A stretch of DNA of 64,000 bases from Mobula hypostoma (taxonomy: Eukaryota). The translations under genes were made by a program, and so were the position numbers. The notes under the pieces are model-generated. The model was not told the origin of the DNA, made no database searches, and was given only the letters and a program-made list of their open reading frames with translations. The stretch covers positions 16,244,001 to 16,308,000 of the forward strand of contig NC_086108.1 of NCBI RefSeq assembly GCF_963921235.1, in the 5' to 3' direction. Of the stretch, positions 24,259 through 37,899 are shown piece after piece (position 1 is the first letter of the stretch; every line of letters starts with the position of its first letter).

Positions 24259-24875
24259 TGTAAGGGTTTCTTCTTTTATGTTACTGCTAAGGTGAATAAA
24301 GTGGCTTCTCTGTACTGTTAACTGTTGAGACAGTGGTTCTCTATAGCAGTATGTTTGGACTATAATTAGTGATAATGGGACTTGTATTCATTTGTTAACC
24401 AATTGGGATAGATGTTATTCTTTCTGTCTGCGTGAAAGCTGTTAGTTGCGCGGGCTTTGGGGAGAAGGCGCGAAGAGGATGAAGAGAGAAGAGGTGGCTT
24501 GAGGAGACAGTTGCTGGACCCGCTGGGCCTGGGCTCAGGGCAGGAGTCCAGGAGTCAATGACAAGCGAAGGAGGATCAGCAACCGGGAATCCGTGAGCTC
24601 CAACGTTTGTGCACTGGACATGTTTATGAGATTATTGCCGCCTTTTATTTGTTTTCCTTTTCTTTTGTTCTCTACTAACCCCATACTTAAATATAAAATC
24701 TTACTCGTTTAAACGCACATTGTGGACTGAATGCTATTTCGGGGTACTGATGTTACACAGGGGACACAACACGCAGCATCCACCCAAACTTGATTACCCA
24801 GTTTGGCGGGGCCGAAGGCTGTTCTTCTCAGACGGAAGCGAGCTGAGCGAGCCTGAGGCTTACCAGGGGGCTACA
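24259..24875 (+). mobile_element. Solo LTR related to the 5465-9686 LTRs
   Basis: TGTAAGGG...GCTACA, TSD TCTT; shares tacccagtttggcggggccga and gagctccaac motifs. Confidence 0.92.
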
Positions 24876-24898
24876 TCTTTATCTAGCTTTAGGACTTA

Positions 24899-26507
24899 GA
24901 GTTCTATGCAAAAGTTTGGGTACCCCGGTCAAAATTTCTGTTACTGTGAATAGTTAAGTGAGCAGAAGATGAACTGATCTCCAAAAGAAAAAGTTAAAGA
25001 TGAAACATTCTTTTCAACATTTCAAGCAAGATAAGTGTATTATTTTTGTTTTGTACAATTTTAGAGTGAAAAAAAGGAAAGGAACACCATGCAGAAGTTT
25101 GGGCACCCCAAGGGATTTGAGCTCTCAGATAACTTTCACCAAGGTCTCAGACCTTAATTAGCTTGATAGGGCTATGGCTTGTTCACAGTCATCGTTAGGA
25201 AAGGCCAGGTGATGCAAATTTCAAAGCTTTATAAATACCCTGACTCCTCAAACCTTGTCCCAACAATCAGCAGCCATGGGCTCCTCTAAGCAGCTGCCAA
25301 GCACTCTGAAAATTAAAATAAATGATGCCCACAAAGCAGGAGAAGGCTATAAGAAGACAGCAAAGCGTTTTCAGGTAGCTGTTGCCTCAGTTCGTAATGT
25401 AATTAAGAAATGGCAGTTAACAGGAGCGGTGGAGGTCAAGTTGAGGTCTGGAAGACCAAGAAAACTTTCTGAGAGAACTGCTGTTAGAATTGCTAGAAAG
25501 GCAAATCAAAACCGCTGTTTGACTGCAAAAGACCTTCAGGAAGATTTAGCAGACTCTGGAGTGGTGGTGCACTGTTCTACTGTGCAGCAACACCTGCACA
25601 AACATGACCTTCATGAAGAGTCATCAGAAGAAAACCTTTCCTGCGTCCTCACCACAAAATTCAGCGTCAGAAGTTTGCAAAGGAACATCTAAACAAATCT
25701 GATGCATTTTGGAAACAAGTCCTGTGGACTGATGAAGTTAAAATAGAACTTTTTGGCCACAATGAGCAAAGGTATGTTTGGAGAAAAAAGTGCAGAATTT
25801 CATGAAAAGAACACCTCTCCAACTGTTAAGCACGGGGGTGGATCGATCACGATTTGGGCTTGTGTTGCAGCCAGTGGCACGGGGAACATTTCACTGTTAG
25901 AGGGAAGAATGAATTCAATTAAATACCACCAAATTCTGGAAGCAAACATCACACCGTCTGTAAAAAAAAAGCTGAAGATGAAAGAGGATGGCTTCTACAA
26001 CAGGATAATGATCCTAAACACACCTCAAAATCCACAATGGACTACCTCAAGAGGCGCAAGCTGTAAGTTTTGCCATGGCCCTCATGGTCCCCTGACCTAA
26101 ACATCTGTGGATAGACCTCAAAAGAGCAGTGCATGCAAGACGGCCCAAGAATCTCACAGAACTAGAAGCCTTTTGCAAGGAAGAATGGGCGAAAATCCCC
26201 CAAACAAGAATTGAAAGACTCTTAGCTGGCTACAGAAAGCATTCACAAGCTGTGATACTTGCCAAAGGGGGTGTTACTAAGTACTGACTGTGCAGGGTGC
26301 CCAAACTTTTGCTTCCGGCCCTTTTCCTTTTTTGTTATTTTGAAACTGTAAAAGATGGAAATAAAAAAGCAATCTTGCTTAAAATATTAAAGAAATGTGT
26401 CATCTTTAACTTTATGCCTTTTGGAAATTAGGTCATCTCTTACTCGCTTAGCTATTCACAGTAACAGAAATTTTGACCAGCAGTGCCCAAGCCTTTGCAT
26501 GCCACTG
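24899..26507 (+). mobile_element. Tc1-like transposon B (about 1.6 kb, frameshifted transposase)
   Basis: TA flanks; long TIRs (ggtcaaaatttctgttactgtgaatag / ctattcacagtaacagaaattttgacc); GEGYKK, SGRPRK, LWTDE, TVKHGGGS, QDNDPKH motifs. Confidence 0.93.
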
Positions 26508-26649
26508 TACTTGAAGATCTGATCACAATTTAGCTCATATTTATGTAGAAATACAGAAAATTCCACAGGTTTCACAAATTCTCCAGTACCACTGTAAATA
26601 GAAAGGAGTTCTTCATATTTCAACTGATGATTACTCCTTTGCCAACATG

Positions 26650-27060
26650 ATTACTTTATACTTGCCAAACAATTGGTACTAGAACGTACAATCATCACAG
26701 CGATATTGGATTCTGCGCTTCCCGCTCGCTGGAGTACAAATCAATAGTAAATATTAAACATTTAAATTATAAATCATAAATAGAAAATAGAAAATGGGAA
26801 GTAAAGTAGTGCAAAAAAAATGGAGAGGCAGGTCTGGATATTTGGAGGGTACGGCCCAGATCCGGGTCAGGATCCGTTCAGCAGTCTTATCACAGTTGGA
26901 AAGAAGCTGTTCCCAAATCTGGCCATACGAGTCTTCAAGCTCCTGAGCCTTCTCCCGGAGGAAAGAGGGACGAAAAGTGTGTTGGCTGGGTGGGTCGTGT
27001 CCTTGATTATTCTGGCAGCACTGCTCCGACAGCGTGCGGTATAAAGTGAGTCCAAGGATT
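26650..27060 (-). mobile_element. Rex/Babar LINE 3' fragment
   Basis: IIKDTTHPANTLFVPLSSGRRLRSLKTRMARFGNSFFPTVIRLLN. Confidence 0.8.
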
Positions 27061-27809
27061 AAAAACAGATTAACTGGACACTGCTGAGAAATTAACGAAG
27101 TATTTTTGTAAAACTAAATGCCCCAGTTTACAGGAACAATTTATAAAAAAAGACTGAACTACATTACATACTTTGGGCAATCAAATACTATGTTAAAGTA
27201 GTAGCTTTACTGATAGCCTTAAAGAAGCAATTTGTTAGAAGGTATTCTAGGTCTTAGGGACTAGGTAACTGAAAGCATGATGACAGTCATTAAATCTAGT
27301 GTACAATTATCTAAAATTAAGAGTGGTTATTAGGTTTAGAGGTGCTCATTATAGAGACAGCAAGAGGAAGGGTATAGTGCTGCTTAGGAAAAATTAAAAC
27401 CAAGGGATCAGGACCAAAAATGAGTAGTCAGTAAATACAGGGGTAATAGGCAAACAAAACCTTGGGCAAGTTTGAACATGTGACAAAATTTTGAAGTTTG
27501 TTCAAAGGTAGAAGATGCAAGGCCAAACAGGAATGCTGTTGAACAGATTGGTCTACAAGATTTCAGCAACTAATGAATTGAGACAGGTGGATCCAACAGT
27601 GTATTAGTGATGGAGGAAATATGGGTTTGGATGCTTAATTCAGTCAAATTGAGAGAATTTGAAGGCATTTTATAAGTATATTGAAAGCAAGCCAACAACC
27701 TGAGAAAGAGTGGGGCCCAGAGACCAAAGAGACAATCTGTGCAAGATGTTAAAAAGGAGGATGAATTGGATATAAATAGTGACTTCAGGAGGAAACCAGA
27801 GGTACATTA

Positions 27810-28760
27810 GCCAGTCCTCACTGGAGGATCAGAGGTGGGAAGAGTCAGCAACTTTAAATTCCTCTGTGTTATCATTTCTGAGGACCTGCCCTGGGTCCAG
27901 TGCATGTGTAATTATAAAGAAAGTACAGCAGCACCTCTACTTCCTTAAAAGTTTGCCAAGATTTAGCATGACACCAAAAACTTTGACAAACTCTGATTAA
28001 CTGGCTGCATTACAGTCCTTGAAACATCAATGCCCTTGAAGGGAAAATTCTATAAGTACCACTAAGCACATCTGCATGGAGCACTGTCACAGGAAAGCAG
28101 CATCCATCATAAGGGGCTTACAGGTCATGCTCTCTTCTCACTGCTGCCATCAGGAAGGTGGTACATTGGCCTCAGGAGTCAAACCACCACATTCAGGAAC
28201 AATTATTACCCCTCAACCATCAGTCTCTTGAACCAGAGGGGATAACTTCACCATAACCGAACTGTTCCCAAAACCTATTATTGGTCACTACATTATAGGA
28301 AATATGAGAGTGTAGAGGTGAGGGTGCAGAAGAGATTTTCTAGAATGCTACCTAAGATGGACTATTTGAGTTTTGAGGAGAAAGTAGATAGGCTGGGTGT
28401 GTCCTCCTTGAAGAAGACCTAACAGAGGTGTACTAAATTAGGAGGAGCAAAGATGGGTAAATATTAAGAAGCTTTTCCCCACGGCCAAGGTATGTATTCC
28501 AGGCAATGTAGATTTAAGTTGACGAGAAGATTTGAAAAATGTTTTTTTACCAGAGTCTAATTGGAATTTGTGCTGCTCTGCCTGCGGTGAAGTTGGAGGT
28601 GGAGGTGGGTATACTCATTATATCTATACAGCATTTAGATGAGCACTTGAATCGCCAAAGCATCCAACCACATGTGCTGGTAAATAGGATTACTATAGAA
28701 AGACGCTTGGTCGATATTGACATGGAGGGTAGGACATATTTCTGTGTTGTGCACTCTAAC
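27810..28760 (+). mobile_element. Degraded Rex fragment (to about 28270) followed by CR1 3' fragment
   Basis: KKVQQHLYFL and LLPSGR remnants; gggtgcagaagagatt CR1 motif. Confidence 0.6.
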
Positions 28761-28959
28761 TGCAAGAGAATTCAATAAGATGCACAGAAAACAATTCCTT
28801 AGGCAGTGCAATCCAGAATAAGGAGAACACTATCTCAAAGTTATAGTTTTCAAGAAAAAAAGTGAAATTTCAGGACTGAAGTTGCTAGATATTCGATAAG
28901 CACAAAGGCAAGTACAATGGAGTCAATTAAACGATCAAAAAGAACGTGAAGGAAACAAA

Positions 28960-29130
28960 GCACAGAAAATACAGTAAATACTCAGCAGGTCAGGCTTGAT
29001 GTGTGGGATGAGGGAAAAAAACAAAATTAGCATTTCACATCAGAGACCCTTCATCAGAACTCAAGGGTCTCTGACCTAAAGAAGCAACTTTCTTTCCACA
29101 GATGCTGCCTGATCTGCTGTGTATTCATTA
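28960..29130. mobile_element. Old fold-back PLE terminus
   Basis: ctcagcaggtcaggc...agagacccttcatcagaac / aagggtctctgacc...gatgctgcctgatctgctg. Confidence 0.6.
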
Positions 29131-29224
29131 TGTTATGGTCTTATGTTCTACTCTTATTTCAGACAAAGTGAAGACACTGAATGTTTTTCTTGTTTCCAAG
29201 TGCCTTAAATGTTGAATGCAAATA

Positions 29225-29640
29225 CAGGTCGAGTACCCCTTATCCAAAATGCTTGGGGTCGGAAGTGTTTTGGATTTTTTCGGATTTTGGAATAATTAAT
29301 AACGACAGCCTGGGATTGCCATCATATCCGACTCTGAATTTATGTTCTACCGGTAAGCAGTCTTTGTCTTCCACTTGTTCGTCACACATGTACTTAACAG
29401 TAAAATTATTACATAACATTAATATCATTAAAATATAATGTGTGCAGGGTAACAAAAGCAGCTCAGCAACATTGGGAGAATGCTTGAATCAGGTACTGAA
29501 CAAAATCAAACAACAGCAGACTTTCAGTCTCCACCTACGATGCTATCTTTCATTAAAAGGTTATACAGCACGCTTCTTTTTAAGTTTTATGTAAAGTATA
29601 AAAACAAATCAGCATCTTCGACTTGTTCTGGTGTTGAGAT
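29225..29640 (+). mobile_element. Tigger/pogo-like left end (right boundary uncertain)
   Basis: TA-CAGGTCGAGTACCCCTTATCCAAAATGCTTGGG...GAAGTGTTTTGGATTT resembles the Tigger4/MER46-type TIR; no right TIR seen. Confidence 0.55.
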
Positions 29641-30057
29641 TTTTGAAGGCAAAAGTTGGCTGGCAAAACAGAACTGTTAGAGAAACAGCAATGAAGAATT
29701 CATTGCTACATCTGAATATGATGGTATCCTTGAGTCTCCACCTGGGACTTGCATGATTGACAGTAGTAAAAACCAAGAGGAAGCTACTGACATGATGAAA
29801 TAGCCCTGAACATTACCAGAGATGGAGGACTTTCACTGCTATCCTAAATGCCAGTGGCATAATGGGCAGCAGACAAAGGCTAACTATCCCATTCTGTAAT
29901 CAACTAAATCAGGACAGATCTAGACTGAAGACAGTGACCTTCATCTCTGTATCGCTCTCATACTAAACTCAGCAATCCATTTATCGTTGGATAGTTAGAA
30001 AACTATTATTTTAAGAGCTTTTTCTTAAATAAAACTTACTTATATCAACTTTCTTAC

Positions 30058-30266
30058 CTGCTTGCTAGGTGTTGCAATAGTTTCAAAGTCCTGAGAATAA
30101 CCATCGTCTGTGAAAACACTGTGCTCAGGGCTGGTGGATGTTCGGAGGACTGCTGATGCCGACTGCACAGTCTGTGCAAGTGGGCTTCCAACTTCAAATG
30201 GAATAGAGCTGTCACTGTGGAGGTGAGATTGGGATGGTGCTGAGCATTCTTCCTCACTGGCTGTGT
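30058..30266 (-). CDS. CEP350: CEP350 internal exon
   Basis: cttttctctAG/GTAAG; (D)TASEEECSAPSQS...YSQDFETIATPSKQ; phases 1 and 0 fit neighbours. Confidence 0.88.
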
Positions 30267-30339
30267 CTAGAGAAAAGATGAACACTCATGATAATACTAA
30301 ATCCTTGTTAGCAAAGCTGATTGTTGTTCCTTCCAAATT

Positions 30340-30822
30340 AGAAGGACAATCAGGAAGGATGTGAATACTACAGAGAAATTGCAGAGGAGATTTACAAGGA
30401 TGTTGCCTGAATTGGAGGGTGTACCTTATGAGAATAGGTTGAGTGAACTTGGCCTTTCTCCTTGGAGCGACAGAGGATGAGAGGTGTTCTGATAGAGGTG
30501 TATAAGATGATGAGAGGCATTGATTGTGTGGATAGCCAGAGGCTTTTTCCCAGGGCTGAAATGGCTAGCACAAGGGGGGATAGTTTTAAGGTGCTTGGAA
30601 ATAGGTACCAAGGGATTGTCAGGGGTAAGTTGTTTTATTTTAAAAACACAGACGGTGGTGAGTGTGCGGAATGCACTGCCGGCAGTGGTGGTAGAAGCGG
30701 ATAAAATAGAGTCTTTTAAGAGACTCTTAGATAGGTACATGGAGCTTAGAAAAATAGAGGGCTATGCGCTAGGGAAATTCTACAGGAGGACCTGTAATGT
30801 ACTGTAAATTTCTATGTTCTAT
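30340..30822 (+). mobile_element. CR1 3' fragment
   Basis: RMRGVLIEVYKMMRGID; ttctatgttctat tail. Confidence 0.9.
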
Positions 30823-31000
30823 AATAAATGGAATGAATGAATCTTTTAGTATCGACTCCCTTTAAATTCTGTAGTGCAAAAGTAAACTGATTCATCAGCG
30901 AGAGGTGCATATACAATGGCCAAATGCTCAAAGATCCATGTGAATTCAGCATCTATCAAATAACTCCCTTAACACAAAACAGCTCATGTATTCATAATTA

Positions 31001-31235
31001 GGGTGGCACGGTAGTATAGTGGTTAGCACAAAGCTTTACTTCAATTCCCATCACTGTCTGTAAGGAGTTAGTACTTTCTCCCCATGCATGATGGTTTCCT
31101 ACGGGTTCTCCGGTTGGTGTGTTAATTGGCCATTGTAAATTGTCACATGATTAGGTTAGGGTTAAATCAGGGCAGCGAGGCTCGAAGGGCTTACTCGGTG
31201 CTGTATTTCAATAATAAACAAACAAATAAATAAAT
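31001..31235 (+). mobile_element. tRNA-derived SINE (HE1/V-SINE-like, internally deleted)
   Basis: ggtggcacggtag...tggttagcac A-box head, core-like segment, (TAAA)n tail. Confidence 0.7.
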
Positions 31236-31664
31236 CTTAATAATTCCTTGTTATCTGAAAGGCATAAGAACAGACTTCCTGCAGATAAAGTATACAGATA
31301 CCTCTGCATGGGAGCAAACGCATGCCCGGAAGAAATATACTGAATTTGTTGACACCTGCATGCAGCCATCTACTTGAAATTATAAGGTGCAGGTATGTAA
31401 ACAAAGAATTTCTCCATGAGGATTATTGATAAGTTGTGCCACAGTAGAAATACATGCAGTTTGGAAAATGATCTTAAGATAGACATCAAATTTATTTGGT
31501 CACTTATTAGTGATTATAAAAAGAGGAGAAAATTATATACTTTTACACACTTCTGCTCATTGGTGCGCATTTCCTATCTTTTTGAGGCAGCTTAAAGCCT
31601 CTGAGATAAACGAAATTCAGAGTTTGGTAACTCTTGCTAAGGGAATAATGATTCATACACTTAC

Positions 31665-31861
31665 CTTTACCCCCTGGACTTCTTTCATTTGATTCTCTCC
31701 TTGACACCTTTGGTTTTAGCTCCTTGTTCCATGCAGCCAGGGCTAGTTTTTCCATCTGCCGGATCTCAGCTTCCTCAGCATCAAGCCGTCTTTTCCACTC
31801 AAGTAACTCCTCTGCATGCCGACGCCGATGCATCAGCTTTTGCTCTCGCTTGGTGAGAAAC
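31665..31861 (-). CDS. CEP350: CEP350 internal exon
   Basis: ttccattAG/GTAAG; FLTKREQKLMHRRRHAEELLEWKRRLDAEEAEIRQMEKLALAAWNKEL; continues MDEK across a 24-kb intron. Confidence 0.95.
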
Positions 31862-33289
31862 CTAATGGAAACAACAGTGATACAAGCAAAAGAAAAAGGG
31901 AGAGAGCAAGCACAGGAAAATGTCAGTAATCTACCGTAATTTATTTGTACAAATGTCTTACCTACAGCTCAGTTTTAATTCTTACATTTTCAACTTGCCA
32001 TTATGTTTGAATCATAGTTTAACTATCCATAAATTTCAGGGTACAATTCAGATATTCTACAACATGACAGCAGTGCTCTCAATACTGCATATAAAACATT
32101 AAGCATAATGTCTTTACTGACCCAGTGATGCTACTGAAAACTATCACTGCATGACACCATCTTCCAAGCTGAATCCCATTCTTTAACCTAGCTTCAGTTG
32201 TGATCTTGTGGGGATAACAGGAACCTTGATGGCATTAGTGCTAACGTCCCTACCACCTGGATTTCACCTTACATTGCCAGGTTAATCGATCAAGTAGTAG
32301 CTAAAATTACCCTGTTACTAACCCACTTTATCACAATTGCAGCTTCACCGTCAAAACAAATGATAATGACCTTTATTGAGCATTGAAAATAGTCTGGAAT
32401 ATATCAAATCCCAGAAAGTGGGTATATTTTGGGCACGAGCAGAATTATGGTACCTCATTTTGGTTACTCAAGGACATTATATTTAAAATGGTTATATTTC
32501 ACTAAGCAGAATGCCAGCCAACCCTTGCGCTTGTGCATGAGAAGTCTCTTACCCAGAATTAGATGCTTAAGTGCAAATCTTGGCCTTTTTTCATTATCAG
32601 CTTTGATCACTAATTATGCCTATTATTCTAGTATCTATAAAATATGTATTTAAAAGTTGGAAACCCCCTGACCTTACAAGAAGATAGCACTTTGAGACTT
32701 ACTAAATGCTCATGTAGGTCTAATATATAAAGCCACTAGTTAAATGCTACACTTATCATTTACATCCACGATGGGCTTACTTCACACAATTTCAGAATTT
32801 AAATTGCATGTGCTGTTACTTAAATTACAATCGGATTCCCTGGAAGGATTTGCAATGTTCATCATAATCATAAACTTAGCACATAATGTGAACACAACTT
32901 GAAGAGGTAGAGTTGTCGGAGAATAGTCTGCTAGCTGGTGGTAGTGATAGAGTAGCTCTGGGATGTGATGAGAAAAGTTGAGGTGAGAACACAAGGCTGT
33001 AATGGCTGTGACAAATTTACAGAGCAAGTGTATTGCCTGGAATTATTTCAGAACAGTGTGAACTGGCATGGTGTCGTTTTCAGCAATAAGCGTATCTTTA
33101 GGATAATAATGCTTCAGAGCAACCCAATTAACCTCAATTTTTTTTTAATGAATCGAGATATTAAAGTGGTAGCTCCTATTTAAATTCTTTCACAAGAGTG
33201 AATAAAAATTGAATCAATTTCCTGGGTTTTAGAAAAGCATTTTTGCCATTTATAGTGATAGCAACTGCATTTAATTTCCTAATGTATAT

Positions 33290-34816
33290 AGGTTCCCATG
33301 GAGCCTACGGGAGGCTTGTGTAGCAATTGCGGGGGTCCTAACAGAGATATTTAAATCACCCTTAACAACAGGTGAGGTACCGGAGCATTGGAGGATAGCT
33401 AATGTTGTTCCACTGTTTAAGGAAGGCTCTAAAAATGAACCAGGTTGGTGAGCCTGGCATTAGTAGTGGGAAAGTTATTAGAAGGTATTCTCGGGGACTG
33501 TATATACGAGTATTTGGATAGACATGGACTAATTAGGGATAGTCAGCATGGCTTGTGTGTGGTAGGCTGTGTCTAACCAATCTCAGTTTTTTTTTGAGGA
33601 AGTTACCAAGAAAGCTGATGAAAGTAAGACAGTGGATGTTGTTACATGGACTTTAGCAAGGCTTTTTACAAGGTTCTGCGTGGGAGGTTGGTCAAGAAAG
33701 TTCAGTCACTTGGCATTCAAGGTGAGATAGTAAATTGGATTAGACATTGGCTTTGTGTGAGAAACCAGGGAGTGGTAGTAGATGGCTGCCTCTCTTACTG
33801 GAGGCCTGTGACTAGTGGAGTGTGGCTGGGAATCAGTGTTGGGTCTGTTGTTTGTCATCTATATCAATGATTTGGATGATAATGTGGTTAACTGGATCTT
33901 CAGATTTGCAGATAATGCTAAGACTGGAGATGTACTGGAATGTAAGGAAGACTATCAGAGTTTGCTGTGGGATCTTGACCAGCTGGAAAAATGGGCTGAA
34001 AAATGGCAGATGGAATTTAATGCAAACAAGTGTGAGGTATTGCATTTCAGTAGGACCAACCAGGGTAGGTCTTACACAGTGAACAGTACGGCACTAAGGA
34101 GTGTAGTAGAACAAAGGCATCTGGAAATATAGGCCCATAATTCATTGAAAGTGGCAACAAAGGTAGATACAGTCGTAAGGACAGCTTTTGGGACGTTGGC
34201 CTTCATAAATCAAGCTACTGAATACAGGAGATAGGATGTTATGTTGAAGTTGTATAAGACATTGGTGAAGCCTAATTCGGAATATTGTGTGCAATTTTGG
34301 TCACCTACCAATAGGAAAGATATAAATTTTCTTGGTACTCTTTCAATCTTATTTACAAGGATGTTGCTGGTACTGGAGAACCTGAATTATAAGGAAAGAT
34401 TGAATTGGTTAGGATTTTATTCCTTGGAATGTAAAAAATTGAGGGGAGGTTTGAAAGAGGTATACAAAATTATGAGGTGCATAGACAGGGTAAATGCAAG
34501 CAGGTTTTTTCCATTGAGGTTGGGTGGGACTACGACTAAGGTCATGGGTTAAGGGTGAAAGGTGAAGATTTTAAGGTGAACCTGACAGGAAAGATCTTCA
34601 CTCAGAGGACTGTAAGAGCGTAGAACGATCTGCCAGCTCAAGTGTTGCATGCAAGCTCGATTTCATAATTTAAGTTTGGATAGGTGCATGGACAGTAGAG
34701 ATATTGAGGGCTATGGTCCTGGTGCAGATTAGTAGGAGTAGGCTGTTTAAATAGTTTGGCATGAACTAGATGGGTCAAAGGGCTTGTTCTGTGTTGTACT
34801 ACTCTATGATTCTATG
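33290..34816 (+). mobile_element. CR1 RT and 3' fragment
   Basis: MDFSKAF, INDLD, FADNAK motifs; ctctatgattctatg tail. Confidence 0.9.
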
Positions 34817-35619
34817 AAGCCAAAACTTCTGAAATGTCTACCGAGTATCTTTCAAACTGTACCCTTATGTTAATGATTCATCGTAACTTTTTCTTACGGA
34901 ACACTGGATTTTAAAAAAATCCCAGCTTTATCCATCCAATTCTGGAATGTTTGGACTATTTTGACACATTTCCTTATTAATGCAGTTAAGCCATGGTCAT
35001 CTCTAATTTTGAATTATACTTTTGGTATCACTCAAGAGTTTTGTTTTGAAAAAGATGTGTCCATCTTACCAATGCAGAAAGTTGCAGCTTTGAAATCATT
35101 ATCACTAGTCATAGCAAATGTTAACAATAGCATTATTTCCATTAAATATTCTTCAGAATTGGTTTGAGGATCCTTATAGCTCTTCCCCTTTGTACTCAGT
35201 GGAAGTATAGCACCAAATTCTTTTCACATGGTCACACGTTCCTTGATGGGAACATTTCAACTTGTTCATTCACTGGTTCTTTGAGGCAAATAACTACAAA
35301 ATATTCTTCATGCTTGGTGGAAAGAGATGGCATTTATGCAAAACCAGATGGACATTATTCACACTGAAGCAAAGAAACCAATTGAGAATGTTAATGGAAA
35401 AACAAGCCAGAGTGCACAGGAGATTTTGGTTATAATGCAGAACTGATTTGTAAAAGATAGATCAGTATTGAAAAGTTGCAAAGAATGTGTTTGGTTGCTT
35501 GCATGGCTTTTAACACAAATATCCAACTAAGGACATGCATAAATGATTAACAATCTGAATAATCACTGAATAAGAGGGCTAGTGTGAGCTTGGATAACAA
35601 TTGACTAAAGGGCAATAAA

Positions 35620-36330
35620 CAATAAAATTATGGTAAAGTGCTACTTTTGACAGGTGGTGCTGGTGATCCCAAGTGTCAGTGCAGGAACACTGTTTTATTT
35701 GATGTATCTAAATAACTTTATACTAGATAACTGATAATTTGGAAATTTGCCTACTCTATCTATTTGTCTACAGAGAAGCAGCAAAGAGCGAGGGAGTAAA
35801 TTAGTGACAGGTGGAATTTACTTGCAAAATGTGGGGATACGTACTTTGGCAGAGGGGATTTGGACAGGCAATATAGATGATTTCACAATTTTTCAGGACC
35901 AGAAGGCCTCTGAGATTTAGGTGAACTGATTTTTAAAGGTGATATGACAGAGGTAGTAGCTTGCAAAGCAGATGGAACATTTGGCTTCATAAATAAAAGG
36001 TACTAAATGAGATCTGAACCTTTATAAAACTTGAATTGGGCTACAACTCAAAGTATTGCATATAGTTGGGTCACTATAGTTTGGGAAAATCTGAATGTCC
36101 TTAAAATGGTGCAAAGGAGATTTACTAGAATATTTGCAGAGTTGAGGGATTGTAGCTGTAAGGTTAGACTGAAGAAGCTGAGGTTGTTTTTCCCTTGGAG
36201 CAAAGAAGGTTGAGAAGAGATTTCAAGAAAGTGTATATGCTTATGATAGCTTTAAATAAAAGGAAAGAAAAGCTGTTTCTACTTGTTGGATGCACAAGGC
36301 TTATGGGACACATGGTGCAAAGGTGACAGA
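35620..36330 (+). mobile_element. Highly degraded CR1 fragment
   Basis: VQRRFTRIFAELRDCSCKVRLKKL remnant. Confidence 0.6.
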
Positions 36331-36549
36331 GATCTTAAAAAGGAAAACAGATAGGCAGCCTCAGACATAGTTGGGTTAGTAAAGGGGAAATGGGATTAAC
36401 TGAAATGCCTAGGTGCAATTAAGTGTAACTTGAGCTTAATTGCTTAAGAACCTCAAGTAAAATTGTTCTGTTAGCATGAGCAATTTGTTGCCACAAGCAG
36501 TTGTGGCGGCCAAGTCATTGGGTTTCTTAAGGCAGAGATAGATAAATAG

Positions 36550-36975
36550 GCCAGTGATGTTGTGGGGATGCAACTGGACTCTCTCACGGTGGTCTCTGAA
36601 AAGAGGATGCTGTCTAAGTTGCATGCGATCTTGGTCAATGTCTCCCATCCACTACATAATGTACTGGGTGGGCACAGGAGTACATTCAGCCAGAGACTCA
36701 TTCCACCGAGATGCAGCACTGTGCGTCATAGGAAGTCATTCCTGCCTGTGGCCATCAAACTTTGCAACTCCTCCCTTGGAGGGTCAGACAACCAATTTCC
36801 CCCGGGATTGATAAAGTATGACTATGACTTAATTAGCCAGGTCATCAAAGGGGATGGGGAGAAGGCAGGGGAGTGGGGATGACTGAAAGAATTGGATCAG
36901 CCCATCATTGAATGGTGGAGCAGAATCGATGGGCCAAATGGCCTACTTCTGCTCCTATTTCTTATGGTCTTATAG
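36550..36975 (+). mobile_element. Rex 3' fragment embedded in a CR1 3' end
   Basis: 36550-36830 matches 45270-45500 and has an (ATGACT)n tail; tcttatggtcttat CR1-type tail near 36970. Confidence 0.8.
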
Positions 36976-37899
36976 TAGCTTAAAATGTTTGTGCAATTTT
37001 GATGCCTTTAATAAGCACAGTTTAATTATAATTAATCTTTGAAGTCTGCTTATTAATTTCAAACAGTAGCTTGGTGCATCTACTCAAAGCCACAAATGAG
37101 GTACAGATCAATTCTATGTCTCAGCACAAATCACTCCACTCCTCCTCCCACCACCCCAACCCCACTTGCATTAGATGGAAGGCAGCATGCTTGATCAGTG
37201 AGAAGCAGAGAGTGCACAGTACCTGACCAGCTGGTTGTAGATGTACAGCTGGAATTTGGGATGTAGATTAGGGAAACAGACACTGAGAGAGGCCCAGTGG
37301 TGAGACGTAAAGACAGAGAAGAAGTAGTGGACAGGAGAGCAGTGTCTAAAGCAAAAGAGGCAAAAGAGGAAAAAAAAGGACAACAGCTGAGTATTTCCCC
37401 AAATACTTTTTCCTGTTAAGATAACCTTGCAACTTAAGCAGAAATACCACTAACAGCATAAAGCCATTTGGCATTCAAATTCTTTTTACCCTTCTCAATC
37501 CAATCAGACTCCTGCATGGAGAAATTCTAGGACTTCAAATTACACTTTTACCTCACTCCAAGCCAACATCAGTTCCAATCTTTCTTTTTCTTGGTAGTGG
37601 GGGCGGGGGGAGGAGGAGAGTGAAGAAAGACAGAGACTGATATCACAACTATCAATCATTCACACACTGCAAGCCAACAATGAGGCTTAAAGTATGTTAT
37701 CTTTGGAATCTGAATCTATAGTTCCTCAGTGCTCAGGTGAACTAACTGGCTGCTCATTGATATATTCATTCTTGCAACTGGTGAAGGAAAGAGCTGACTG
37801 CCCCATCTCATTCCATTTGAGTACATCTCCAATGCAATTTTATCAAATGACCTACTGGAGTAAGTAAAACACTATCCCAGATTGAGTTACACACTGACT

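Larger units (their letters stand above)
22811..26594 (+). mobile_element. Tc1-like transposon A, with two insertions in its right TIR
   Basis: TA-CAG...CTG-TA; ~210-bp TIRs; decayed transposase 23190-24140 (GGSVMVWACF, MQQDNDPKHTS). Confidence 0.9.

Noticed and set aside
25255..26290. Intact Tc1 transposase
   Set aside because: Several frameshifts and stops split the DDE domain
31001..31060. tRNA gene
   Set aside because: SINE head with a deletion near the B-box; no complete cloverleaf
31151..31165. Second telomeric insertion (ttaggttagggtta)
   Set aside because: Only one perfect unit, inside a SINE body, with no empty-site evidence
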